In this document: positions 20,593 to 28,660 of the stretch, in pieces
How the letters are laid out: every line of letters starts with the position of its first letter
How positions within the stretch are numbered: position 1 is the stretch's first letter
DNA from: an uncultured virus (IMG/VR IMGVR_UViG_3300037466_002145)
Lineage: Duplodnaviria; Heunggongvirae; Uroviricota; Caudoviricetes
IMG/VR virus record: IMGVR_UViG_3300037466_002145
Location: 19,148 to 83,147 of that record
Length of the DNA stretch: 64,000 bases
Direction: 5' to 3' (one strand)
Notes under the pieces: model-generated
The model's database searches: none
What the model saw: the letters and a program-made list of their open reading frames with translations, nothing else
Told to the model about the DNA's origin: nothing
Made by a program: the position numbers and the translations under genes

Positions 20593-20891
20593 GATTTCCC
20601 CGATAGTCGTTCGTAAAGGTCCGTTAGCAAGTCGAACTGACCCTTGATGTACAACGGGTCTTTCTTATCCGAGAACGGAACCTTAGTTGTCCCGTAATAC
20701 TGAATTAGTAATTCAGAACAACGGTCTAACTGTGCCTTAATATAGGCTAATTCAGTATGACGGTCAAGTGACATAAATGCCTCGGGAAGCCATTACTCAA
20801 TTGTTCCGTCGCGTATTTAGAAAACAAAATAGGAGGGGGCATTTCTACCACACCTCCTATTCTGCGGGCGGCCCTCCCTCGGTAAACCGAG

Positions 20892-21347
20892 TTAGGCGAT
20901 AGCGGCTTCGTCAGTCGCCTTCTTTTCAGGTGCGGCTGACTTTTTAGAAACCGATTTGGTTTTCTTCGCGGCACTCTTGGCAGCAAGAGTTTTTTCTTGC
21001 TCCTTCTTCCGCCGATGAAATTCAGCCCAACGCTGTTTCTGAGAAGCTGAAATCTTGGCACGCGTCGCGGCCGAGAACTTCTTGCGCGGCTGCGGCTCGG
21101 CATAGGCGACAGTAGGTTTGCCGTTCGCACGCTTACCAAAGGCGATTTGAGTATCGAGACCCTTGCGCATGAACTTGTTATGAAGAATTGCAAGCGCCTC
21201 AGGACCATTTGGTGACATACCCGCAATTCGTTCCACACCCTGCGACAGAAGCGCGGCGAGCTTATTAGGATCGCTGTGCGGGTTTCGCGCGGCTTCTACC
21301 AGACGTGTAATGATAACCGATGTTTTCATAGTTACTCCCATTTTCAA
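20892..21347 (-). CDS. Basic Lys/Ala-rich (histone H1-like tail) protein
   Basis: FSAATRAKISASQKQRWA followed by a KSAAKKTKSVSKKSAA tail. Confidence 0.6.
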   Translation of the reverse strand: MKMGVTMKTSVIITRLVEAARNPHSDPNKLAALLSQGVERIAGMSPNGPEALAILHNKFMRKGLDTQIAFGKRANGKPTVAYAEPQPRKKFSAATRAKISASQKQRWAEFHRRKKEQEKTLAAKSAAKKTKSVSKKSAAPEKKATDEAAIA

Positions 21348-21444
21348 AGTTTTAGTGTGTCAAGATAAATTTCCTCTTGACTTTCGACTATTGGGTATAT
21401 GGTCCAAACCTTGAAAATTGCAAGCTATTTTTTTCAAAACAATA

Positions 21445-21897
21445 TCAACGAGTTGTAAAAACTCGGATAGTTCCAGCCGCGTAAGCCATTGTAATTTCGT
21501 GAGGTTTCGGTATCTGAACTAGCCCCTTCAAGATATTCTCGTAGAACTCAACTATTTGGTCCTCAGAGGTTTGGCTTCGTAGGAATTTTTCACACTCCAT
21601 AAACTTGGGCAGCAAGTCGTTTGGGATCGGTACCTCTTCGGTGAACTCCATGGCTCGGGCCACCGACATAGGCGGGACGGTGGCCGTCTTTGCCCTAATC
21701 ACCAACGCTGAAATCAAAGGAAAATCTGAAACTCGTTTCATAACGTCCAGTCCTGTTTTTACGAGGCGCGGACCATATGAGGTAATCGTAGAAAGGAAAA
21801 GGTGCTGATTTTGGTTAACAGAATTAAACAGTGTGCGCCGTAACCGTGTAGTAACAGAAAAGGGGGCCGATGGAGCCCCCTTTTTGATCGTTCTCAA
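21445..21897 (-). CDS. Hypothetical protein (start uncertain)
   Basis: 150-aa ORF; its 5' part overlaps a terminator-like hairpin. Confidence 0.4.
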   Translation of the reverse strand: MRTIKKGAPSAPFSVTTRLRRTLFNSVNQNQHLFLSTITSYGPRLVKTGLDVMKRVSDFPLISALVIRAKTATVPPMSVARAMEFTEEVPIPNDLLPKFMECEKFLRSQTSEDQIVEFYENILKGLVQIPKPHEITMAYAAGTIRVFTTR

Positions 21898-22508
21898 GCG
21901 ACTGAGAAGCTGAACATAGAATGTAGGTTTCCCCGTAGGTTCCGCATCCCTATTTTACCTCGCTTTATCGCCCGATCCCCTAGCTGAATAACTTTCGCCC
22001 CTGGTGACTTGCGGATCGCTTCCTTCAAGGCTGGCGGCGGTGGTGGTGGAGCATAGGCTTTAGCCGCCAGCGGCTGAGGGGTTTCGATAGGTGGTTGCGG
22101 TTCAGGTTGAACCTTAATGTCAGTGTCGTTGATACGGCCTAGCAGGGCACGCAACTCTTCATCGGCCTTGGCCTCAGCCGCCGCCGACAAGGCTTCGGCG
22201 CGATCCAGGCGGGCAATCTCATGCATGAGATATGTACACGCCATGACTAAATCTTGCCGATATGTTTCGCAAAGACGGAACTGGTGAAGCGCATATGGAT
22301 AGACGCGATGCGAAATAATTGTCTGCGGACCAAGAGGAATCGTAATTTCAGGTGCGCCAAGCGCATATGCACAAGCCGCTTTTGCAAGCTCACAATCAGT
22401 GTTCTTATCCGCCTGTTCATCCCTCAATCCTTTCCCCTTCATAATCAGGCATTGAGTCATAACGTCTATGCCGATTTTCTCCATTACACTGTCTATTACA
22501 CTATGCAT
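21894..22508 (-). CDS. Conserved phage hypothetical protein
   Basis: ELAKAACAYAL...RQDLV.A...L..EIARLDR pattern; Pro-rich tail. Confidence 0.6.
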   Translation of the reverse strand: MHSVIDSVMEKIGIDVMTQCLIMKGKGLRDEQADKNTDCELAKAACAYALGAPEITIPLGPQTIISHRVYPYALHQFRLCETYRQDLVMACTYLMHEIARLDRAEALSAAAEAKADEELRALLGRINDTDIKVQPEPQPPIETPQPLAAKAYAPPPPPPALKEAIRKSPGAKVIQLGDRAIKRGKIGMRNLRGNLHSMFSFSVA

Positions 22509-22577
22509 ATTTGCACTCCCGTCGTTTTTAAATGGACGCTGTGTAATGTGCGAAGAAAATGTGAGGGAATTAGGATT

Positions 22578-22661
22578 TGGAGCTACCTGAGGGATTCGAA
22601 CCCCCGCGTCTTTCGAGACTGATTACAAAACAGTTGCCGTCGTCCACTTGGCTAAGGTAGC
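22578..22661 (-). tRNA. tRNA-Thr(TGT) with long variable arm
   Basis: G1-C72/C2-G71; TT-TGT-AA loop; 12-nt variable region CTCGAAAGACGC; CCA. Confidence 0.8.
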
Positions 22662-23081
22662 GTCCTGGAAATCCTATTTAGACATTTGCTCCATCACCGA
22701 TAGCAGGGTTAGAAAAAACCAGACGAGTGCGACGTAGACCGCGATGGCAACCGCGACTCGAATGATCCATTTCATTTTAAACTGCTTAGGGGTTGGGCTG
22801 TCTTCACAGTAGCCCATTACCAGAAGGCGCGCATCAAAGGTCATAATCAGGGTAAAGAACCAAGATAGACCGAGCGCAAACCCAACCCCTAACCCATTGC
22901 CATATCCAAGACTTTGAAACAAAAAGCACCGAACCAAAGTCCAATGGCAATTGCGAAAACCAGAAGGGCGTAGTAACCTCGAAAAGAAGGGGGGTAACGC
23001 AAAACCTTTCACCCCCCTATCAAGTTAGATGCCCCCCATCTAGGAAAGAAGGCATCGCGGAGGAAACGCATAACAAGGAAA

Positions 23082-23211
23082 AGGAATGTAGGGAGAAGCG
23101 TGAATGAAGCAAGCGCGACCAAATAGAACAATGATCCAGGCTCCGAAGGTGTGCTGGTACATTTCCATAAAGCCGCGCTTGCTTTCCCCCTGCGTGCAAC
23201 TTTACATTCCT
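23082..23211 (-). ncRNA. Candidate rod-shaped ncRNA (6S-like fold)
   Basis: Nested inverted repeats aggaatgta/tacattcct and aagcaagcgcg/cgcgcttgctt separated by bubbles. Confidence 0.35.
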
Positions 23212-23236
23212 ACTGGTTTAGACCCGAGGTAAAACC

Positions 23237-23626
23237 ATGTTCAATACGACTACTCAGAAAAAGGTTCCAACACAAATCACAAATTATTACGACACAAACC
23301 TCCCCGATCCGATTCTGGTGCAAGAGTGTCGCGAACGAATCAGATATGGGCTCAAACGCGCCCAACAGATTTACGGCTGTGACTTCCAAGCTTGGCGTAA
23401 GATGGAGCGCGAGTGCATAGATAACAAATCGTTTTTACGACTTCTTATAAATGCGACTCACAAAGGCGAAAATACTCTTTGGCGGCGTTTCAAGACATGG
23501 CGAATGTTGGAATACACGCCGCAAGCCTGTGTGATCAAATATGGTGACAAATTATTCGACGCTGTGACCATCGCCTATGCTGAACATCAAATGCCCTTGT
23601 CGGTGATAAAAAAGATTCGGGGTTGA
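23237..23626 (+). CDS. Hypothetical protein
   Basis: GAGG RBS; isolated + strand ORF. Confidence 0.6.
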   Translation: MFNTTTQKKVPTQITNYYDTNLPDPILVQECRERIRYGLKRAQQIYGCDFQAWRKMERECIDNKSFLRLLINATHKGENTLWRRFKTWRMLEYTPQACVIKYGDKLFDAVTIAYAEHQMPLSVIKKIRG

Positions 23627-23654
23627 CAGTCAGTCGTTCTGTCTTCTATATCGA

Positions 23655-23825
23655 GCGGGTCGGTTGGGGTGACCCTTACTTCAATCGCCATCTGTACGCT
23701 TCCAAGGAAAGTCAGGAGGTTGTCCTGCTTACCTCCTGACTTTTCCATGGAGGGCTTCCTTGATATCTTGTGTTCAACGTCTCAAACTCATTCCCCCTGC
23801 GACTCATCGCGCAGGGGGTTTTTTT
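23655..23825 (+). ncRNA. Candidate small RNA
   Basis: TTGACA promoter at 23623; long hairpin ggaaagtcaggagg/cctcctgacttttcc; terminator cccctgcg/cgcagggg plus T7. Confidence 0.45.
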
Positions 23826-23859
23826 GTGTTGACGTGAAGACGATTATGTGATTAAAAAA

Positions 23860-24150
23860 GAATTCGTCAGGGGAATTCAGATACCCATCAGAGTTTTTGC
23901 CCGCCGCCTTTCCCTCACAGACCCCCCTCTGTGTGCGCGGGCATCAGGCCCATGGAAGTTCTCCCCCCAGACTTCCATGGGCCATTTCATTTCCGTAACA
24001 AAACGTGAATGGACAGAAGTGAGTAGAATCACTTACAAGAATTTCCGTTAGGTGACTGCCATCCTTCCCAACTCCAGTCAGTCTCCTATGGTTGCTAACC
24101 CAAGAAGAAACCCCCAAGGTGCTAATCCATAGTGCCACCTTGGGGGTTTT
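23860..24150 (+). ncRNA. Candidate small RNA with C-rich loop hairpins
   Basis: TTGACG at 23829; hairpin ggcccatggaagt/acttccatgggcc with a ctcccccc loop; terminator aaacccccaaggtg/caccttgggggttttt. Confidence 0.4.
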
Positions 24151-24160
24151 TATGTTAATG

Positions 24161-24194
24161 AAAAAGGGTAGATCGTGCAATCCCGATCTACCCC
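24161..24194 (-). terminator. Terminator of the DUF2828/TROVE-like gene
   Basis: GGGTAGATCG-loop-CGATCTACCC-TTTTT on the minus strand. Confidence 0.8.
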
Positions 24195-24228
24195 TTCGTT
24201 TACTACCTGACTATCAACAAGTTCCAGA

Positions 24229-25683
24229 TTAGGCAGTCACACCTTCAATGCTATAGCGCTTGTCATTGAGGGTTTCCAACATGACGTTGTATGGAGAGAA
24301 CGTCTCCAGCTTGTTGGATAAAATGGACTTGAAGATAGCAGGCGAGAAGCCCGATACCATCGCAGTGCCATTTTGGTCTTCCTTGACGGGACTGTTGTCA
24401 GCCCGTCCGTTCACATGCCAGAACACAACCTTTGGCAGATCGTATCCATGCGCCGCGAACTTGGATTTCGCGTTGTTATAGGCCAAGTCAGACAATCCAG
24501 CGCGTTGCGGATTGAATTCCATGTCCGACACAACAAGGATCATGTTTGGCAAGTCGGCTTGCGGAACATTGTAGCGAATCGCGTGGTTCAACACGAGGTC
24601 GAACGTCGCTTCGATATTCGTTCCGCCGTAGGCGTCGGCAAAGTCCAACTGTTGGTACATGTTGGATAGGGTCAACGGCCCATTGAGCTTGTTCATGCGC
24701 GGAACATTTGAGAACCCAACCCACATACCTGCGAAGTCGCCCGTTTGCTTACCAGCGGTATACAAACCGATTGACACAGAGATATCCATCGGCGTCACGT
24801 TGCCTGGAACCGCATTGCGTTGGCCGTAGTAGCTCCATGATCCCATCGAGCTTGACAAGTCAATGAACGGCAGAATCTTGTTGTCGCCAAGCAAGTTCGG
24901 CAGCGCTTCCCATTGCGCGTCGGCAACCTTTCGATCACCGTGGTTCAGGGACTTCAGCACGTCGTAAGGGAACACCGCGCCCGCATTGATCTTGCGCTCG
25001 GCCTTACCCGTTTCAGGATTGATCTTCACCAAGCCATCACGATAAGCCTTGTACCCTTCGGGGTCGTGCTTGAAGAATGCCTTTTGATAACGTGCTGCGG
25101 CGACCGATGGCACGTGATCGTAGGTGATGCCCTTCCATTCGCGGGCGCACATTGGCGTTTCGACAACCTTCGTTAAAGTAACGAGGGTCTTGCGATAACG
25201 CTTGGGCGACCAGCCCAGGTAATTGCGGAGTGCCACGGCGTCCTTGCCCTTGCGAGGCATCCACTTGGCGCATAGGCCATTCTTGGCGTTCAGCGCGGCG
25301 GCAATGACCTTAAATGCTTGGTTGCGGGCGAAGTCGGTTTCGAAAACCAACAGGTCATCCCAACGGCCATACTCGGCCCAATATGGAAGGATCGCGACAA
25401 GGTCATCCTGATAGTTCTTTTCCATATGGCGAAGAATCTTGCGCGCAACTTCACGTTCGCCAGCGCCACCGCGGATATCGCGGGTCCACAACAGGGTGCG
25501 GATGGCGAGTCTCTTGTCTTCGGCGGTTGCCAAATCAAACTCTTTCGAGAGGTCCGCACCGCGTTGGCCCACAGCCTTGAATAGGTTCAGAACTCGCGAA
25601 CCTGAATCAGCATAGGTCACGGCACCATTGAAGGTAAGGCCCATGCTTGGCTTATTGGAAACTGAATTGACAAACTTGTTCAT
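24229..25683 (-). CDS. DUF2828-like TROVE/Ro60-related helical protein with C-terminal vWA domain
   Basis: RDIRGGAGER, YGRWDDL, AKWMPR, YRKTL, VETPMC..EW..I.Y..VPS.A..RY.KAF..HD, INAGAVFPYDV; vWA MIDAS DLSSSM, GGTN, SDMEF, VFWHV, SGFSP; AAGGAG RBS before the ATG at 25683. Confidence 0.85.
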   Translation of the reverse strand: MNKFVNSVSNKPSMGLTFNGAVTYADSGSRVLNLFKAVGQRGADLSKEFDLATAEDKRLAIRTLLWTRDIRGGAGEREVARKILRHMEKNYQDDLVAILPYWAEYGRWDDLLVFETDFARNQAFKVIAAALNAKNGLCAKWMPRKGKDAVALRNYLGWSPKRYRKTLVTLTKVVETPMCAREWKGITYDHVPSVAAARYQKAFFKHDPEGYKAYRDGLVKINPETGKAERKINAGAVFPYDVLKSLNHGDRKVADAQWEALPNLLGDNKILPFIDLSSSMGSWSYYGQRNAVPGNVTPMDISVSIGLYTAGKQTGDFAGMWVGFSNVPRMNKLNGPLTLSNMYQQLDFADAYGGTNIEATFDLVLNHAIRYNVPQADLPNMILVVSDMEFNPQRAGLSDLAYNNAKSKFAAHGYDLPKVVFWHVNGRADNSPVKEDQNGTAMVSGFSPAIFKSILSNKLETFSPYNVMLETLNDKRYSIEGVTA

Positions 25684-25704
25684 TGTTATCACTCCTTTTT
25701 GTTA

Positions 25705-25766
25705 CAGAATTATTGCAGGCCAGTCGTGCCTGCGTGTCAGTGACGATTTTAAGCTGAAATAATTCT
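25705..25766 (-). ncRNA. CAGC-stem unit 1 (in the 5' leader of the DUF2828 gene)
   Basis: AGAATTA-TTTCAGC...TAATTCT-G; internal GCAGGC/GCCTGC hairpin. Confidence 0.7.
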
Positions 25767-25770
25767 CTTA

Positions 25771-25863
25771 CTGACTAATAATATGCCCCCAACGGGCCAT
25801 TCCCTATAAAGGCGGGGAATGTTGGATTCGAACCAACTGTTTTTTGTGTGCTGAAATTAGTCG
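25771..25863 (-). ncRNA. CAGC-stem unit 2, YrlA-like topology (T arm, loop-closed acceptor stem, D arm)
   Basis: CGACTAA-TTTCAGCA..GTTGG TTCGAAT CCAAC, ATTCCC/GGGAAT, GCCC-GTTGG-GGGC, TTAGTCA-G. Confidence 0.75.
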
Positions 25864-25870
25864 AAATTGA

Positions 25871-25987
25871 CAGATTTGCTTTTTTAAGGGTTGGAATCGA
25901 ACCAACTACACTTCGCTTTGAATGCGAATGCTCAACCAAATGAGCTTCCCGTCCAGATGGACGATATTTGTTTGCTGAAACAAATCT
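25871..25987 (-). ncRNA. CAGC-stem unit 3 enclosing tRNA D, anticodon (TCA) and T arms with no acceptor end
   Basis: AGATTTG-TTTCAGCAA..GCTC/GAGC, TTCGC-AT TCA AA-GCGAA, GTTGG TTCGATT CCAAC..CAAATCT-G. Confidence 0.75.
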
Positions 25988-26004
25988 TAATCTGAAAAAT
26001 TTAG

Positions 26005-26109
26005 CAGGCTTACTTTGATCCAGGCTCGCGCCTGTTTCGGGATCGAACCGAATAACCAACTGAGTTGCCTCAGTAAGTATCTACCAGATTGTTTTGCTGC
26101 AATAAGCCT
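26005..26109 (-). ncRNA. CAGC-stem unit 4 with T-arm-containing module
   Basis: AGGCTTA-TTGCAGCAA..ACTGAG GCAA CTCAGT, TTCGG TTCGATC CCGAA, CAGGC GCGA GCCTG..TAAGCCT-G. Confidence 0.75.
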
Positions 26110-26120
26110 ATAATTAGTGG

Positions 26121-26268
26121 CGGAATAGCAGTGCTGGCACTTGAGTTTTTTTGAGTACGCCCAGGGTCAATGCTGAAACACCCTTCGTCGTAAGAACTTA
26201 CCCGAAGGTTTTGTCTTACATCGTTTTACAAATGCCCTTGCGGGCGGTTTGGCTGCGGTATCTATTCC
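26121..26268 (-). ncRNA. CAGC-stem unit 5, with nested mini-unit at 26162-26184
   Basis: GGAATAG-ATACCGCAGC...CTATTCC-G; nested AGGGT-GTTTCAGCATTG-ACCCT-G. Confidence 0.6.
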
Positions 26269-26283
26269 AGTATTCGTGTATGT

Positions 26284-26374
26284 CAGAATGATTATCTACT
26301 TCGGGATTAATGTGGCGAAATCGAAGCCCACTTCTCTATACCAGAAAGTTTTATTTGGTTGCTGAAATCATTCT
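26284..26374 (-). ncRNA. CAGC-stem unit 6
   Basis: AGAATGA-TTTCAGCAA...TCATTCT-G; internal GGCTTCGATTTCGCC T-loop-like element. Confidence 0.75.
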
Positions 26375-26383
26375 TGTATTCAG

Positions 26384-26722
26384 TTAGTGATGTTCGTCGC
26401 GATGTTCATCGGCCCATTCCTTGGCCGCAGCGTTACGAACAGATTTAGGAAACATCTTAGACCAGTGCTGATCCTTTGATCCAAACTCCTTGTGGTAAGC
26501 TTGGGCTGCACGGTCGGCATGATATCCCCAAAGCTTGATGGCTTTTTCGTGATTGTACACGCCTTTGGCATGTTTCTTCAAAAGGTTCTTTTCAATCGGA
26601 ACTTTCGAAGAATGATACAAGTGAGAATCGTTATCAGCAAAGATGCGGAGTTCTCTTACATCGGTGTGATTTACATCACCATCCTCTTTTTCAAGAAGGA
26701 TTTTTCTTAGGGATTTGGACAT
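26384..26722 (-). CDS. Hypothetical basic/His-rich protein
   Basis: 112-aa ORF; CTAAATA late-promoter-like motif upstream. Confidence 0.65.
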   Translation of the reverse strand: MSKSLRKILLEKEDGDVNHTDVRELRIFADNDSHLYHSSKVPIEKNLLKKHAKGVYNHEKAIKLWGYHADRAAQAYHKEFGSKDQHWSKMFPKSVRNAAAKEWADEHRDEHH

Positions 26723-27201
26723 TACGCTTCCTATTAGAGTGAGGGTTAGTAATGTCTATTTAGTCATTCCAAGTTGCAACGATGGCATTCACATGAGCAA
26801 AATATCTCGGACCATCTGGACCTTGAAAAGTGAAGTATTTGGCGACTAATAAATTGGCTCCAGGTTGGAAATCCCTATCTCTAATCGCAGAGACTGCATC
26901 AACCAGCTTGCACGAATATAACAAATTCTCGGGCAAGTTTTTCTTCGACGGTTTGGACAACGGAAAGATGCCCGACACTTCAACGTAATCTTTAGTAACT
27001 GACATCTTAACTCCTATAGGGGAACTTGGTGTTGACGATGCCCATAAGGTATCCAACTGATGCCAAAAGGACCAAAGTCAAAGTGTAGGCAAAGACATTA
27101 GGGAAACTCATTATCGCAACAAGACCGATCAATAGGGCCAATCCGAGGATGATAACCGTTTCGATCATAAATCTTCCATAGTCAGGATTTTGCATTTCAA
27201 A

Positions 27202-27708
27202 TTACTCAGTCAAATAGCTGCGCTTGTCTTGCTTTTCCCAGGACGGTGAATCGCCGTCCTTGATGTATTCTTCCTGAATGATCCAATCGCGAATAATCGG
27301 TGCGATGGTCTCGGACGTGATCACCCATTCGGTTGCAATCGTGGCAACCACCACAGGAAGAATGACGTACCATTGAGTCATCCACGGACCGAGGAAGTAG
27401 ACGAAGATTCCCAAACTGAGGAACATCGCCACGTTGAGAACTACCCAGGCGACACAGGCTCGGCCCATAAATCCTGGACGGCGTACTTTCTTTGCGTCAC
27501 GGTCATACATATTATAAGGTTCCTTAAAAGTCGGACGACGAGAAGTCAGGGGTTGAAAAATCCGATGTAGAATTCCCAGAATCGTCGCTACTAAAATCAG
27601 AGGTGCCCATTCCAGCCAATCCCGCGTCTTCGGTCCCACTATCCATCCCAGGAACGGGAGACAAATCAGGAATATCGCAAGATACATCAGAAGGTCGAGT
27701 ATCGTCAT
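27202..27708 (-). CDS. Predicted membrane protein (4 TM)
   Basis: Several hydrophobic segments. Confidence 0.6.
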   Translation of the reverse strand: MTILDLLMYLAIFLICLPFLGWIVGPKTRDWLEWAPLILVATILGILHRIFQPLTSRRPTFKEPYNMYDRDAKKVRRPGFMGRACVAWVVLNVAMFLSLGIFVYFLGPWMTQWYVILPVVVATIATEWVITSETIAPIIRDWIIQEEYIKDGDSPSWEKQDKRSYLTE

Positions 27709-27924
27709 TATATACGTCCTGATTGGGGATCAATTCCGACATTACGATATTGAGTAAGATTGCATCCATAATCAGATCGCCGTCGTCCTCAGTTACGTTG
27801 GACCGTTGTAAGGAACGCCGTGCTTCAAACATCGATAGTGGCAGAAGGCCAGCGTTCCGACGTTTGGTATTAATTTCAGTAAGCTTCTTTTCAGAAAGCA
27901 TTAGGTTCCCCCTCATGGTATTTA

Positions 27925-28210
27925 CAGGATCATCTTTATAAGTGTGCTACCCTTACACCAAGAGCCCATCAGAGATACATAAAAGCTGGCACCTGTATCA
28001 GAACCAATTAAGGCACACTTCTTAGCACACGAAGTCTAAGCACATGCCACTACCCAACTACGAGTAGCTATCTGACCACCGAAAACCTTGCCAGTCGGCG
28101 TAGGTAGTTATCCTACTTGGCTTTCGCAGTTATGTATCTTTGGTGGACTCCCCCCGAATCGAACGTGGACCACTGCTTTGATAGAGCAAATTAGTTGCTG
28201 AACTGATCCT
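27925..28210 (-). ncRNA. CAGC-stem unit 7: permuted tRNA-like shell with CCA, G3:U70 and a 173-nt insert
   Basis: AGGATCA-GTTCAGCAA..T arm CCACG TTCGATT CGGGG, GGAGTCC-A-CCA, insert 28140-27968, GGGCTCT-TG, D arm GTGT AAGGGTA GCAC..TGATCCT-G. Confidence 0.75.
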
Positions 28211-28246
28211 TGATCGTTTTCATTCAAGGATATTTGGAGTATTTAC

Positions 28247-28317
28247 CTGAATAGCTTTTACAGATCGATTAAAGGTCGATTGCTGGAATACCAGCGTTTA
28301 TTTGCTGAAACTATTCA
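28247..28317 (-). ncRNA. CAGC-stem unit 8
   Basis: TGAATAG-TTTCAGCAA..GCTGG/CCAGC..CTATTCA-G. Confidence 0.75.
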
Positions 28318-28401
28318 AACTAGGTTCAATACCACGCCTGCAATCTTACGAGTAGCAGCATCCCTCCGCGAAGGGACGTTCTCCGTATGGTATTGAAATA
28401 G

Positions 28402-28471
28402 TGGAGCCAAGTGAGGGATTTTCACCCCCGTCATCACTCATGGTGATGTTTTAGGTCAAAACTAACTCGGC
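28402..28471 (-). ncRNA. Atypical tRNA-like element with CCA
   Basis: GCCGAGT/ACTTGGC-T-CCA acceptor; T-loop TGAAAAT; no canonical anticodon loop. Confidence 0.5.
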
Positions 28472-28477
28472 AAGAGG

Positions 28478-28574
28478 TGGAGTCGGGGGAAGGATTTGCG
28501 CCTTCAACTCTTGATGTTTGGGAGGCGGCGAGGCGTCCAAAAAATCAATACTCTAATATTTGAGTTACCCCGAC
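28478..28574 (-). ncRNA. Atypical tRNA-like element with elongated anticodon arm and CCA
   Basis: GTCGGGG/CCCCGAC-T-CCA; ACTC/GAGT D stem; TTGAT/ATCAA stem enclosing 28 nt; T-loop CGCAAAT. Confidence 0.55.
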
Positions 28575-28588
28575 ATAAAGGGAGTTAT

Positions 28589-28648
28589 CAGATTGGCTTT
28601 TGCTTTTTTTCTCCAAAAGAAAAGGCAATTGTTTGCTGCAACCAATCT
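28589..28648 (-). ncRNA. CAGC-stem unit 9
   Basis: AGATTGG-TTGCAGCAA...CCAATCT-G. Confidence 0.7.
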
Positions 28649-28660
28649 TTCAATTTTTGT

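Noticed and set aside
25871-25987. Opal suppressor tRNA or UGA recoding of the genome
   Set aside because: No acceptor stem or CCA, and many genes here end in TGA with normal ATGA overlaps.
25775-26059. 94-aa ORF over the ncRNA array
   Set aside because: It runs through three structured RNA units and has no clear RBS; likely spurious.
25705-26374. CRISPR array interpretation of the recurring gctgaaa motif
   Set aside because: The shared sequence is only about 7-9 nt, spacing is irregular, conservation is structural, and no cas genes are present.
27968-28140. Hammerhead ribozyme or group I intron in the unit 7 insert
   Set aside because: CTGATA and CGAAA occur, but I could not assemble the hammerhead stems or group I P7 elements by eye.
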